Below, one piece after another: positions 20,068 through 29,058 of a DNA stretch of 64,000 nt (positions are counted from its first letter, which is position 1; the number at the start of each line of letters is the position of its first letter). The DNA lies in the IMG/VR virus record IMGVR_UViG_3300025122_000008, positions 34,426-98,425 of that record. One strand, written 5' to 3'. This stretch comes from a virus. Under the pieces are notes generated by a model that saw only the letters and a list, made by a program, of their open reading frames with translations, searched no databases and had not been told where the DNA came from. A program made the position numbers and the translations under genes.

Positions 20068-20566
20068 TATTAATATTGGGGGCCCCCAGGCGACAAAAAG
20101 TTTCAGGGCCAGAAAAACTCTTGATGGTAATTTAATGATTATGGATCATGATATTATCGATATTGTACTGTTACCAGAGAGTAGTAAAATCTTAACATTT
20201 CCTAAAAGTCGATCAGTCGAAGATGCCTATAATACTCAGGCCAGGTTTTTTGATTTTTTATCCGACAAGGGAGTAGTCGATCGAGAGACAGTTCAGGGTG
20301 GAAACATCTTTCGTTCTTTGGAGGCTCTTTTACCCGAGGGCAAAGGGGCGAATTCGCTACAAGCGGCCGTTTATGTAATATCGGAGTTTCTACGGGAAGA
20401 ACTGGACGCCTTAAATAAGGCCGAAGAATACGAAAAAGAATTAGAAAATTATTTTGTGGATCCCACCGATAGGGACTCTACAGAGTTGGGCGAGGTACCA
20501 CAACATGCAGAGAAGGGTGCGATGATACCTGGGTATTACTATATCCCATTGCGATACAGATTATAG
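20060..20566 (+). CDS. Hypothetical protein
   Basis: 168-aa ORF overlapping both neighbours in the head module. Confidence 0.6.
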   Translation: MININIGGPQATKSFRARKTLDGNLMIMDHDIIDIVLLPESSKILTFPKSRSVEDAYNTQARFFDFLSDKGVVDRETVQGGNIFRSLEALLPEGKGANSLQAAVYVISEFLREELDALNKAEEYEKELENYFVDPTDRDSTELGEVPQHAEKGAMIPGYYYIPLRYRL

Positions 20567-20898
20567 TGGAGATGCAAGTGATAATGTGGCCAACATTAGA
20601 GAGTCTCGCAATCTTTATATTGTGTGCTTATGGCCTTACACAGCTTCTTTGTTTTTCAAAACTTTTAGATAAGATTAGGCCCAAACATTATTTCTTTTCT
20701 TGCCCCATGTGTATAGGATTTTGGGTTGGTGCGTTTCTATGGGGCGTTAATAGTTATACTGAACTATTTATGTTTGATGGCAATAATCTCTTAACTGGGT
20801 TTTTGCTTGGATGCCTGAGTTCGGGTACATCATATGCTTTAAATGTGATTATCTGTGATGACGGAATACAAATAGGAAGAGGAGAACATCATGACTAA
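20566..20898 (+). CDS. Small membrane protein, DUF1360-like
   Basis: Three hydrophobic segments with FSCPMCIGFWVG (CxxCxxxW motif). Confidence 0.6.
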   Translation: MEMQVIMWPTLESLAIFILCAYGLTQLLCFSKLLDKIRPKHYFFSCPMCIGFWVGAFLWGVNSYTELFMFDGNNLLTGFLLGCLSSGTSYALNVIICDDGIQIGRGEHHD

Positions 20899-20941
20899 AT
20901 GGATGCTACAGCCAGTAAGACGATGCTGCAAAGGCAGTTGA
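20891..20941 (+). CDS. Possible 16-aa peptide MTKWMLQPVRRCCKGS
   Basis: ATG 20891 preceded by SD GAGGAG, overlaps the upstream stop, ends TGA 20939-20941; absent from the ORF track. Confidence 0.35.
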   Translation: MTKWMLQPVRRCCKGS

Positions 20942-20964
20942 CTACTTTACTAAAGGAATAAAAA

Positions 20965-21384
20965 ATGAGCAAATATTCAAGCTTTAAAGAATTTCAATTG
21001 ATAACCGAGAACTGGCGTAAGTATTTCTTGCACGAGACAGTATTGCGCGAGGCCGGCGGAGGCGCAGGCGCTATTCCACACTTTTCGCCTCTTAGTGCAA
21101 CGAAGCCAGGGGAGCGTATTCCGGTACCGGGATCTCAGCGACCCTATGAACAGCGGGATATCGATGGGAATGTTGCCGCTATAGCGGAGGCATTCGCAGA
21201 TGTTGATGAGCGCTTCGAGGCTCTCGTTGCCGTCGTCGCGAAACCCGACGCGGATGGCTACCGAGGCGCCCCACCGGAGTTGTGGGAGTTGCGCAATGCA
21301 ATAGAACTTGCAAGCGCCCGCTTCGCGAGCTTGCAAAATCGTATTGGAGAGGACCCTCGGGCCCCTCGCCTAGAAGAGGAATAA
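20965..21384 (+). CDS. Hypothetical protein with LITENWRKY...ETVLRE leader (putative internal head protein)
   Basis: Leader shared with 55671-56630 and 21389-21856; lies two genes upstream of the prohead protease. Confidence 0.55.
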   Translation: MSKYSSFKEFQLITENWRKYFLHETVLREAGGGAGAIPHFSPLSATKPGERIPVPGSQRPYEQRDIDGNVAAIAEAFADVDERFEALVAVVAKPDADGYRGAPPELWELRNAIELASARFASLQNRIGEDPRAPRLEEE

Positions 21385-21460
21385 AACCATGGCACGTTAT
21401 AAAAAAAATGTAAAAAGAATAGACCCAAGATACTTCTTGAACGAGACAGTATTGCGGGAA
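21022..21460 (+). repeat. 30-bp direct repeat at 21022-21051 and 21431-21460 encoding YFL(H/N)ETVLRE
   Basis: TATTTCTTGCACGAGACAGTATTGCGCGAG versus TACTTCTTGAACGAGACAGTATTGCGGGAA, 26/30 identical. Confidence 0.8.
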
Positions 21461-21856
21461 GGGGATGAGGCTGCACTTGCCCAAGCCGGCGAGGAAGCAC
21501 TCGCAGATATGGGTGAAGAGGGAATCCTTGCCCAGCTGGGGCAACTGCCTCCAGAAACGCAGGCAGAAATCCAGGCAGCTGCAGCAGCTACGGCAGAAGA
21601 AGCCTCACAAATGAACGAATCCGGGGAACTTGATGATTCATATCTCGCCGGCCCTCGGGGAAGCGCAATGGCCACCGGCGGCGTTGCCGGCGCAGGACTT
21701 GGCGCCGCTGCCGGAGCAGTAACTTCATCTCTTATGAGTCTTGCCACCGCCAATGCGGTGGGAACTGTGCTTGGCGCCGCTGCCTTTGGCGCCTCCGGTG
21801 GAATTATCGCAGCTGCCGTCTATATTCTGGCTAAGAGGATGCTCCAAGGGAAATAA
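21389..21856 (+). CDS. Hypothetical protein with C-terminal glycine-zipper hydrophobic hairpin (putative internal head protein)
   Basis: YFLNETVLRE leader; GGVAGAGLGAAAGAV...GTVLGAAAFGASGGIIAAAVYIL. Confidence 0.55.
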   Translation: MARYKKNVKRIDPRYFLNETVLREGDEAALAQAGEEALADMGEEGILAQLGQLPPETQAEIQAAAAATAEEASQMNESGELDDSYLAGPRGSAMATGGVAGAGLGAAAGAVTSSLMSLATANAVGTVLGAAAFGASGGIIAAAVYILAKRMLQGK

Positions 21857-21859
21857 ACA

Positions 21860-22459
21860 ATGGCACAACTTCTCCGAGAATACTATGAACTATGCGAAGG
21901 CGGCGTCTGTCAGGATCTTCTGACGGAGGATGAAAAACGCTTTGTTCGTGATGGTGGTATGATGTTATCGGGGATGATGCAGATGGCAGAGACCCAAAAC
22001 GGCAATGGTCGCGTGTATCCTCAAGCAATATTGGAGAGAGAAGTTAAAAATTATAAAAAATTAGTAAAAGATAAGCGCGCCTTGGGCGAACTTGATCATC
22101 CGGAAGATTCCGTTATTAATCTTAGAAATGTTTCTCATCAAATTACTGATATCTGGATGGACGACAATAAAGTTATGGGCAAAATGAAGGTATTGGACAC
22201 GCCTTCCGGCGGCATCCTTCGTTCACTGGTTGATTCCGGTGTTTCTATAGGCATTTCTTCAAGGGGACTCGGTTCGGTTACCGAGAACGCCGGCAAGACC
22301 ATTGTCGAGGACGACTTTCAGTTGATTTGTTTTGATATGGTTTCTGAACCATCAACCCCGGGCGCATTTATGATGAGAGAGAACAAAAATAGAATTGAAG
22401 AAATTTTTACCAAGGCGGATCGAATTAATCGTGCTTTAAACGAAGTATTAGAGGAATAA
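21860..22459 (+). CDS. Prohead core protease (T4 gp21-like)
   Basis: NGNGRVYP, ALGELDHP, VSH, LDTPSG, GISSRGLGS, FDMVSEPS. Confidence 0.95.
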   Translation: MAQLLREYYELCEGGVCQDLLTEDEKRFVRDGGMMLSGMMQMAETQNGNGRVYPQAILEREVKNYKKLVKDKRALGELDHPEDSVINLRNVSHQITDIWMDDNKVMGKMKVLDTPSGGILRSLVDSGVSIGISSRGLGSVTENAGKTIVEDDFQLICFDMVSEPSTPGAFMMRENKNRIEEIFTKADRINRALNEVLEE

Positions 22460-22462
22460 GAG

Positions 22463-24973
22463 ATGAGTTCAGCTATGATTTTAACCGAGTCACAAATTAA
22501 GGAAGCCATAAGAGAGGAGTTCGCCAAAAGCGGCGTAATTCTCACCGAGGAAGAGCTTAACGAACTGTTTGGAATGTTCGGTAAGAGTAAGTTAATTAAA
22601 CAAATTAAAAAGTTAGATCCCGACGGCAAAGCCATGGATAAGCTGGGATACGATGCGGAAGAGGTTTTTGCCGGCCGCGCTGGCTCGGGCACGATTAAAG
22701 CAATATTGGCCGATCTTAAAAGTGAGGTTGGAGAACCCGAGGAAGAGGATGATCGCGGCTTCGTTAAAAAAGGCCTCGCGCGTATGCGCGGCGCTCTTGA
22801 TATCTTAGATCCGCGAAGTGAAGCTGGAACTCTCCTTGGTGGCGATGAAGTTTTCGACATGAAGAAGCGTCGACAATTGATGGGCGATGCTAAAGCGGCC
22901 CTTAAAGATACACTGAGTAAACTGAGGAAGGTCGACCCTGAGGGCTCCAACCAATTAAAGAAATTGCGCATGGCGTTGGAAAAGAATGGTTTTCCAAATA
23001 TGCGCGGCAATGGCAATTTCAAGACAGCTGCGACTGATATTGATATTGCTTATGATCAAATTATAAAAGATTTCGAAGAAAAGAAAATTGATTGTACGAC
23101 AGCTAATGTTCGCATCGCGGTGTTGCGCTATATAGTTATTTATTACCAAGATTTCCGAATGGGGGATCAATATTATTACCGAAACGAGGCGTTGACGCCC
23201 GAAGATTTGATACTTTTGACGGAAGAAGAACAAGAACAGCTTGGTGTGAAACAGGGTGCGGCCGCCAAGGGTTATGAAACCGCATATGGTATGAAGTTTC
23301 CTAAAGTCCTCGCTGCTGTGGGCGTCGGCGCATTGGCCGCAGGCTTTTTAGCGGACTCAGACTTTTTCCAGAATCTTTTAGAAAGATTCAAAGATGTGGA
23401 CGAAATCACGGATACCAAGATAATCAAAGATACGGTCATCGAAGTCTCCGGCCTAGGCGAAATTGAGAGCGGCGAAGGTATCATCAAAGTTGTTCGTCGG
23501 CTTGGTGGCGAATCGATGAAAAACTTTGGCCGTTCAGGTGGACCCGGAATGGCTGAGCTGGGCGATCCCAAATATAGTTTAGTGGTCAAGTTACTTGGTG
23601 CTGCCATGATGTCCAAGCAGGGCCCGGGCGCCCTTCAGCAAGCAATTCAGCAAAACGCTGATCCTGTAAAATTATTTATTAGCGGGCCCGCCTCGGGGAC
23701 CGGCCGCGCCGGAGAAGAACTATTTGGACTCAACAAAGGCGTTTTTGAGGAGAATCTATCAAAGGTTATCGAGGACAAGACAGAAACTTTTCTAAAGGTC
23801 CCAGCAAAAACTCTTAAAAATAAATTTTTGAGCGGATTGGGTGAATTTGCCGGTCCGGTTCTTAAGGCCCTCGGCCTCAGCGCTCTAGCCGGCGCCGGAG
23901 CTTCCGCGGCGATGCGTTATAGTGGTAAAGGTGAGGGAAGATTCGCTTTGGGCTCGCGCATGTCCTTCCTTAAGAAAAAAGTTGATGAGATGGAAGACGT
24001 CCCCTGCAAGGAGACGGAAGAACCCAAGTGCCCTGATGGATCTGATCCTCCCTGTAAGGATGAGCCCCCGCCACCACCGGGCGAATGCAGCGACGAAGAA
24101 AAAGAACAAGGTAAAGTTTGGAACCCGGGTACCGGCAAGTGCGAATGTCCCGAAGATCAAGCCTTCAACGACGAGACCGGCAAGTGTGAAGAGAAGAAGC
24201 CCGACTGTGATCCTGACACTCAAATGGTCGACCCCGATACGGGCGAGTGCATTGATATACCCAAGTGTCCCGACGGCACCGTTTATAATCCCGCGACCGG
24301 CAAATGCCGTCGCCCCAGACAGTTGGTTCAGCCGCAACGTTTAGAGATTACGATATACAGTGAGATAGTCGGAAAACCTGGCCGACCTTCGGTAGAAAAG
24401 GTTGTTCGCGAATTCGGCGCCGCAAATGGATACAAGATCGATGATGAGAACTTAGAAGATACATTAGGAAAGATTGAGCAATGGGTTGAGTGGACGAATT
24501 TGCGGGCTTATGGTTTGCCTCGAAACGCGAAGGCCCAGCCCGTGAACCCGAAGGCGCTTCTAGGTCTAAAGGAAGACAATCCGCTAAACGAGTTGTCACC
24601 CGCTCCAGGCTCGGAAGGGGAAGAGACAGAAAAAGATCCGCAGAATAGTTTCATGCCTCGTTCAAAGAGTGATGTTCGTGATGGAAAAATCTTAATCTTT
24701 GTTAAGAAAAATGGAAAAGGAAAAATAAGAAGAAGTTTGCGCAATTTCCTTTTTACTAATATTTTTATGAGCCAAGGCCAAGATACTCCATTTGATAGAC
24801 CGCTAGATCGCAAGGATGCAAAAGCGCTGGCAATTGCTATAGGTGACTTTGTTTTTGATGAACTTCAGCAACAAGGTGGAGAAGTTGTGCAACAACAACA
24901 GCAACAAGAGGCGAAGCAATTGTCCGAATCGTTACAGCTTAATCGATGGAAGGTGTTAGCGGGTATAAAATGA
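22463..24973 (+). CDS. Large head-module protein with two hydrophobic segments and Cys-rich repeats
   Basis: N-terminal LTESQIKEAIREE/LTEEELNE, hydrophobic VLAAVGVGALAAGFLA and VLKALGLSALAGAGASAAM, four C-x(n)-TG(K/E)C repeats, C-terminal LNRWKVLAGIK. Confidence 0.6.
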   Translation: MSSAMILTESQIKEAIREEFAKSGVILTEEELNELFGMFGKSKLIKQIKKLDPDGKAMDKLGYDAEEVFAGRAGSGTIKAILADLKSEVGEPEEEDDRGFVKKGLARMRGALDILDPRSEAGTLLGGDEVFDMKKRRQLMGDAKAALKDTLSKLRKVDPEGSNQLKKLRMALEKNGFPNMRGNGNFKTAATDIDIAYDQIIKDFEEKKIDCTTANVRIAVLRYIVIYYQDFRMGDQYYYRNEALTPEDLILLTEEEQEQLGVKQGAAAKGYETAYGMKFPKVLAAVGVGALAAGFLADSDFFQNLLERFKDVDEITDTKIIKDTVIEVSGLGEIESGEGIIKVVRRLGGESMKNFGRSGGPGMAELGDPKYSLVVKLLGAAMMSKQGPGALQQAIQQNADPVKLFISGPASGTGRAGEELFGLNKGVFEENLSKVIEDKTETFLKVPAKTLKNKFLSGLGEFAGPVLKALGLSALAGAGASAAMRYSGKGEGRFALGSRMSFLKKKVDEMEDVPCKETEEPKCPDGSDPPCKDEPPPPPGECSDEEKEQGKVWNPGTGKCECPEDQAFNDETGKCEEKKPDCDPDTQMVDPDTGECIDIPKCPDGTVYNPATGKCRRPRQLVQPQRLEITIYSEIVGKPGRPSVEKVVREFGAANGYKIDDENLEDTLGKIEQWVEWTNLRAYGLPRNAKAQPVNPKALLGLKEDNPLNELSPAPGSEGEETEKDPQNSFMPRSKSDVRDGKILIFVKKNGKGKIRRSLRNFLFTNIFMSQGQDTPFDRPLDRKDAKALAIAIGDFVFDELQQQGGEVVQQQQQQEAKQLSESLQLNRWKVLAGIK

Positions 24974-25428
24974 ACAAGACGGAATTAAAAAAACTTTTAA
25001 AACCACTCATAAAAGAATGCATAAAGGAGGTGATGTTTGAAGATGGCGTTCTTTCAAAGGTAGTTTCGGAGGTGGCTCAAGGTATATCAGCCCCTCGGCT
25101 TGTTGAATCACAAAGTTCTGTAACAAAGATACAAAAAGATGAACAGAGTCAGCAGACAAATCTAATGAAAAGATCTACAGAACAGACAAAAAATAAATTT
25201 AATAAACGTCGACAAAAATTAATGACGGCCATCGGAAAAGATGCCTATAACGGCATTGATCTTTTCGAGGGTACTGCGCCGCTATCCTCAGGAGGAAACA
25301 CCAGCAATGCAGTAACCCCGCAGGGGCCCTTGGCTAATATCTCTTCCGGCGATCCCGGGGTCGATATTAATAATTTGTTAGGAAACGTGGGGGCACACTG
25401 GAAAGCTCATATGGATTCTGGAAGTTAG
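24970..25428 (+). CDS. Hypothetical head-module protein
   Basis: Likely start ATG 24970 (ATAA overlap), MNKTELKKLLKPLIKECIKE leader. Confidence 0.6.
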   Translation: MNKTELKKLLKPLIKECIKEVMFEDGVLSKVVSEVAQGISAPRLVESQSSVTKIQKDEQSQQTNLMKRSTEQTKNKFNKRRQKLMTAIGKDAYNGIDLFEGTAPLSSGGNTSNAVTPQGPLANISSGDPGVDINNLLGNVGAHWKAHMDSGS

Positions 25429-25437
25429 AGGTGAAAA

Positions 25438-25653
25438 GTGGCAATTAATGTATCAGTTCATCGTAAACACAATGAGAGTACGGAACGCTTAATTAGACGA
25501 TTTATTAAAAAAGTTAAGCGAGAGGGCGTTTTAACGAAATATAGAGAACGTTGTTCTTATTATATAAAACCGGCCGTCAAAAGAAAGATAAAATCAGAAA
25601 AAGCTCGTCGAGAGCGTGAGCGCGTAGAAAGAAAGCGCAATAAAAGGAAATAG
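25438..25653 (+). CDS. rpsU: Ribosomal protein bS21
   Basis: 71 aa, highly basic: V...NESTERLIRRFIKKVKREGVL...RER..YYIKPAVKRKIK; SD GAGGTG. Confidence 0.9.
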   Translation: MAINVSVHRKHNESTERLIRRFIKKVKREGVLTKYRERCSYYIKPAVKRKIKSEKARRERERVERKRNKRK

Positions 25654-25696
25654 TTATAATTTGAGACTATTTAAAACAGTTTGGAGTTAGGTACAT

Positions 25697-26143
25697 ATGA
25701 CACAACAATATAAAGTAGGATTACACAACGTTGGATCTTATCAGGTTTCTGGTAAACCATTCGCCACAGGGTCTATAGATTGTCGCACCGGTGTTACAGG
25801 AGTTGGACAGATTGATTTCCCACAGGTGACCTCGTGGGTAATGATATCCAATCACGATAGCGGCAATCGTAATGTCAGGGTGGGATTTTCAAGCAAGGGG
25901 GTGTTGGGTTCGAATACAGAACAGGGGAACAGATTTATAGAAGTTCCCTCCACTAGCGGATCGGGCCCCGTTCGACTTGATTTAAAATTAACTCAGCTTT
26001 TTGTTAGTGGTTCCGATAACGTTTCTGTTGTTGCTGGCCTTACATTTATCAGTACGGGATCTATTAATAACATAGCTATCTCCCCGGCAGCCGATGAAGG
26101 GTCTCACGTTGGTAAGAACTGGTCCGGATCTACGGGAATATAA
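25697..26143 (+). CDS. Putative virion structural or decoration protein
   Basis: Late box ACTATTTA at 25666-25673; beta-rich with TGS/SGS motifs. Confidence 0.5.
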   Translation: MTQQYKVGLHNVGSYQVSGKPFATGSIDCRTGVTGVGQIDFPQVTSWVMISNHDSGNRNVRVGFSSKGVLGSNTEQGNRFIEVPSTSGSGPVRLDLKLTQLFVSGSDNVSVVAGLTFISTGSINNIAISPAADEGSHVGKNWSGSTGI

Positions 26144-26149
26144 TCGATC

Positions 26150-28945
26150 ATGGCCGGTTGGGCATTCGTCAATGTCGATCTTGCTTCGGGTAGCGGGCCT
26201 ACTGGTTCTGTACAGTATCACGTTGAGGGAAGAGGAGTTTCCGGTAGTGAACAATTTATGTTTCACACCGCTTCGGTGCATGGTTATGCAGCAAATACCT
26301 TAGTTTTAACCGGAGCCCTTGTTGTATCTGGTGCGATTAGCGCCAGTAGTTATACAATAAAAGACATCACACATATTGATGTATCTGGTTCAACCAGATT
26401 TGGTGATGATGCCGGCGACTCTCACATATTCACCGGTAGCCTATATGTGTCAAACACATCATCTCTTTCTTCGATAGCCGTATCGAGTTCTATTTCCGGC
26501 TCAAGCACCCTGCAGGCCGTCGGAGCCACCACTTTGGGAGGCACATTAGGTGTTAGCGGTAATGTTGGCATCGGAACTGCCACCCCGGGCGGCCCACTTC
26601 ATGTATATAAAGCGGCTGCCAACCAAGACCACACACCCATGGAATTACTGAGACTGGAGCAGCAAGATGAAGGCGTTGACATGGCCGCTGGACACGGACC
26701 TGCCATTACTTTTTACGTTGGAGAAACTGCCGGCTCGGATCACGGCGGCAGTGTGGCGGTTGTTAGAGAAGAGCAAGGCGATGCGGATTCTGCTGCTGCC
26801 ATGTCCTTTTATACTGCGGCCGATGATAGTGCCCCAACAGAAAAAATGCGAGTTACCAGTACTGGCAAAGTCGGCATCGGAACGACAAGTCCGACCGACA
26901 CACTTACTGTCGTTGGTACGGTTTCTGGCTCCTCAACTTTACAGGCAGTCGGAGCCACCACTTTGGGAGGTGCCCTGAATGTTTCTGGAGCCAGCACACT
27001 CAAGGGGGCCATTTCTGGCGCATCCACATTGCAAGCTGTTGGTGCTACTGTTTTGGGAGGCGCCCTGAATGTTTCTGGCGCTGTTACGATGGCTGGTGGG
27101 CAATCTCTCATCTATGGCAACGCAAACGCCAAAATTACCAACAATGGTACTAACCTTGATATTAATTCCCCCGGCCTTATTAACCTTAACGCTGGTAACC
27201 CGGCCATTGTTTCAAGCTCTGATGGGCTGCAAATAGTTAGTGACTCCATCTTTGGTGGAAGACTGAAGGTTTCTGGAGCCAGCACACTCAAGGGGGCCAT
27301 TTCTGGCGCATCCACATTGCAAGCTGTTGGTGCTACTGTTTTGGGAGGCGCCCTGAATGTTTCTGGCGCTGTTACGATGGCTGGCGGGAATGCACTCATT
27401 TATGGCAATGCAAACGCCAAAATTACCAACAATGGCACCAATCTAGATATTAATTCACCAGGCCTCATTAACCTTAACGCTGGTAACCCGGCCATTGTTT
27501 CAAGCTCTGATGGGCTACAAATAGTTAGCGATTCCATCTTCGGCGGAAAACTGCAGGTAAGCGGCGCCCAGTCCTGGGCTGCAAAGGTTTCAAGTTCAGC
27601 CGGCGCAGAAATTGTGGGTAACTCGATATTCGTCGGTAATCTCGCCACTTCGGGTACCTTCACATCGAAGGGCGATACACAATTGGCTGCAGCAGGCGTT
27701 GGCACGACTGTCAACGGCGACCTCACGGTCGCTCAACCGGCTACTTTCCAAGATAGTATTAGCGGCTCTTCAACCTTACAAATGGTTGGTGCTTCCATCT
27801 TTGGTAACAACCTTAGTGTTTCGGGTACCTTCACATCGAAGGGCGATACACAATTGGCTGCAGCCGGCGTTGGCACTACTGTCAACGGTGACCTCACGGT
27901 CGATCAAGGGGCTACTTTCAGTTCCACTTTGACACTCGCCGGCAAACTTTCGAGTTCTGCTGCGATGGAAGTTGTTGGTGCTACTGTTTTGGGAGGTGCC
28001 CTGAATGTTTCTGGCACTGTTACGATGGCTGGTGGGCAATCTCTCATCTATGGCAACGCAAACGCCAAAATTACCAACAATGGTACTAACCTTGATATTA
28101 ATTCCCCCGGCCTTATTAACCTTAACGCTGGTAACCCGGCCATTGTTTCAAGCTCTGATGGGCTACAAATAGTTAGCGATTCTATCTTCGGCGGAAAGCT
28201 CAACGTAAGTGGCGCAATGGTCGTGGCAGGCATTTCCGGCTCAAGCACCCTGCAGGCCGTCGGAGCCACCACTTTGGGAGGTGCCCTAAATGTTTCTGGA
28301 GCCAGCACATTCAAGGGGGCCATTTCTGGCGCATCCACATTGCAAGCTGTTGGTGCTACTGTTTTGGGAGGTGCCCTAAATGTTTCTGGCACTGTTACGA
28401 TGGCTGGTGGGCAATCTCTCATCTATGGCAACGCAAACGCCAAAATTACCAACAATGGCACCAATCTAGATATTAATTCACCAGGCCTCATTAACCTTAA
28501 CGCTGGTAACCCGGCCATTGTTTCAAGCTCTGATGGGCTACAAATAGTTAGCGATTCTATCTTCGGCGGAAATCTGGACGTCAGTGGCGGGATGTCCATT
28601 GGTGCTTCGTCTGCCAATCAAGTGAATGTCAAGGCTGCGATCGCTTTCGCTGGCCCCGAGGCACATAAGTTAGGTACGATTACAGCAGCTGCCGAACTCA
28701 CCGCATCGACATCGAGGTCTTATCAGATTGTTAGTGGCGGGGCGAGCGCTGTTACAGTTATTTTGCCCTCCGCTAGTAACTACAACTACACGTATATGAT
28801 TAAGCGCCACTCGCTTATGAGTGGGAATGTTGTGATTGAAGGCGGTGGATCCGAGAAGGTTGATGGAAGTGCAAATAAAACTTTGTCTTCTGCTGGGGAC
28901 GCTGTGTTCTTGATCTCTGATGGTACTCGGTGGAATACCTTCTAG
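26150..28945 (+). CDS. Long fibre protein built from internal repeats
   Basis: GSVQY N-terminal motif, GNVGIGT and GKVGIGT repeats, multiple near-identical modules, C-terminal VTVILPSA...IKR...DG...LISDGTRW domain. Confidence 0.75.
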   Translation: MAGWAFVNVDLASGSGPTGSVQYHVEGRGVSGSEQFMFHTASVHGYAANTLVLTGALVVSGAISASSYTIKDITHIDVSGSTRFGDDAGDSHIFTGSLYVSNTSSLSSIAVSSSISGSSTLQAVGATTLGGTLGVSGNVGIGTATPGGPLHVYKAAANQDHTPMELLRLEQQDEGVDMAAGHGPAITFYVGETAGSDHGGSVAVVREEQGDADSAAAMSFYTAADDSAPTEKMRVTSTGKVGIGTTSPTDTLTVVGTVSGSSTLQAVGATTLGGALNVSGASTLKGAISGASTLQAVGATVLGGALNVSGAVTMAGGQSLIYGNANAKITNNGTNLDINSPGLINLNAGNPAIVSSSDGLQIVSDSIFGGRLKVSGASTLKGAISGASTLQAVGATVLGGALNVSGAVTMAGGNALIYGNANAKITNNGTNLDINSPGLINLNAGNPAIVSSSDGLQIVSDSIFGGKLQVSGAQSWAAKVSSSAGAEIVGNSIFVGNLATSGTFTSKGDTQLAAAGVGTTVNGDLTVAQPATFQDSISGSSTLQMVGASIFGNNLSVSGTFTSKGDTQLAAAGVGTTVNGDLTVDQGATFSSTLTLAGKLSSSAAMEVVGATVLGGALNVSGTVTMAGGQSLIYGNANAKITNNGTNLDINSPGLINLNAGNPAIVSSSDGLQIVSDSIFGGKLNVSGAMVVAGISGSSTLQAVGATTLGGALNVSGASTFKGAISGASTLQAVGATVLGGALNVSGTVTMAGGQSLIYGNANAKITNNGTNLDINSPGLINLNAGNPAIVSSSDGLQIVSDSIFGGNLDVSGGMSIGASSANQVNVKAAIAFAGPEAHKLGTITAAAELTASTSRSYQIVSGGASAVTVILPSASNYNYTYMIKRHSLMSGNVVIEGGGSEKVDGSANKTLSSAGDAVFLISDGTRWNTF
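26981..28571 (+). repeat. Intragenic repeat array in the fibre gene
   Basis: 288-bp tandem unit (26981 and 27269); AKITNNGTNLDINSPG module at 27128, 27416, 28064, 28439; SGTFTSKGDTQLAAAG module at 27650 and 27821. Confidence 0.9.
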
Positions 28946-29058
28946 GAGGCCGGCCAGTATTGCATTGCGGTTTCACAAGAGAGTTATGCAAAAATTGTCT
29001 TTTCTTAATGTACATAACTAATTAACATGACTAATTACATGTGGATAGGAGTATATAT

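Noticed and set aside
20939-20941. Selenocysteine readthrough of the micropeptide TGA
   Set aside because: No SECIS-like hairpin follows, and an in-frame TAA comes three codons later.
26981-28571. CRISPR array or DGR template/variable repeat
   Set aside because: The repeats are long, in-frame and coding, have no unique spacers, differ mostly at synonymous sites rather than adenines, and no reverse transcriptase or cas gene is present.
11742-29058. Track start codons at 11742, 24946 and 29041 (also 52788)
   Set aside because: Downstream ATGs at 11838, 24970, 29059 and 52803 fit better with a signal peptide, gene overlap, SD position or start-codon type.
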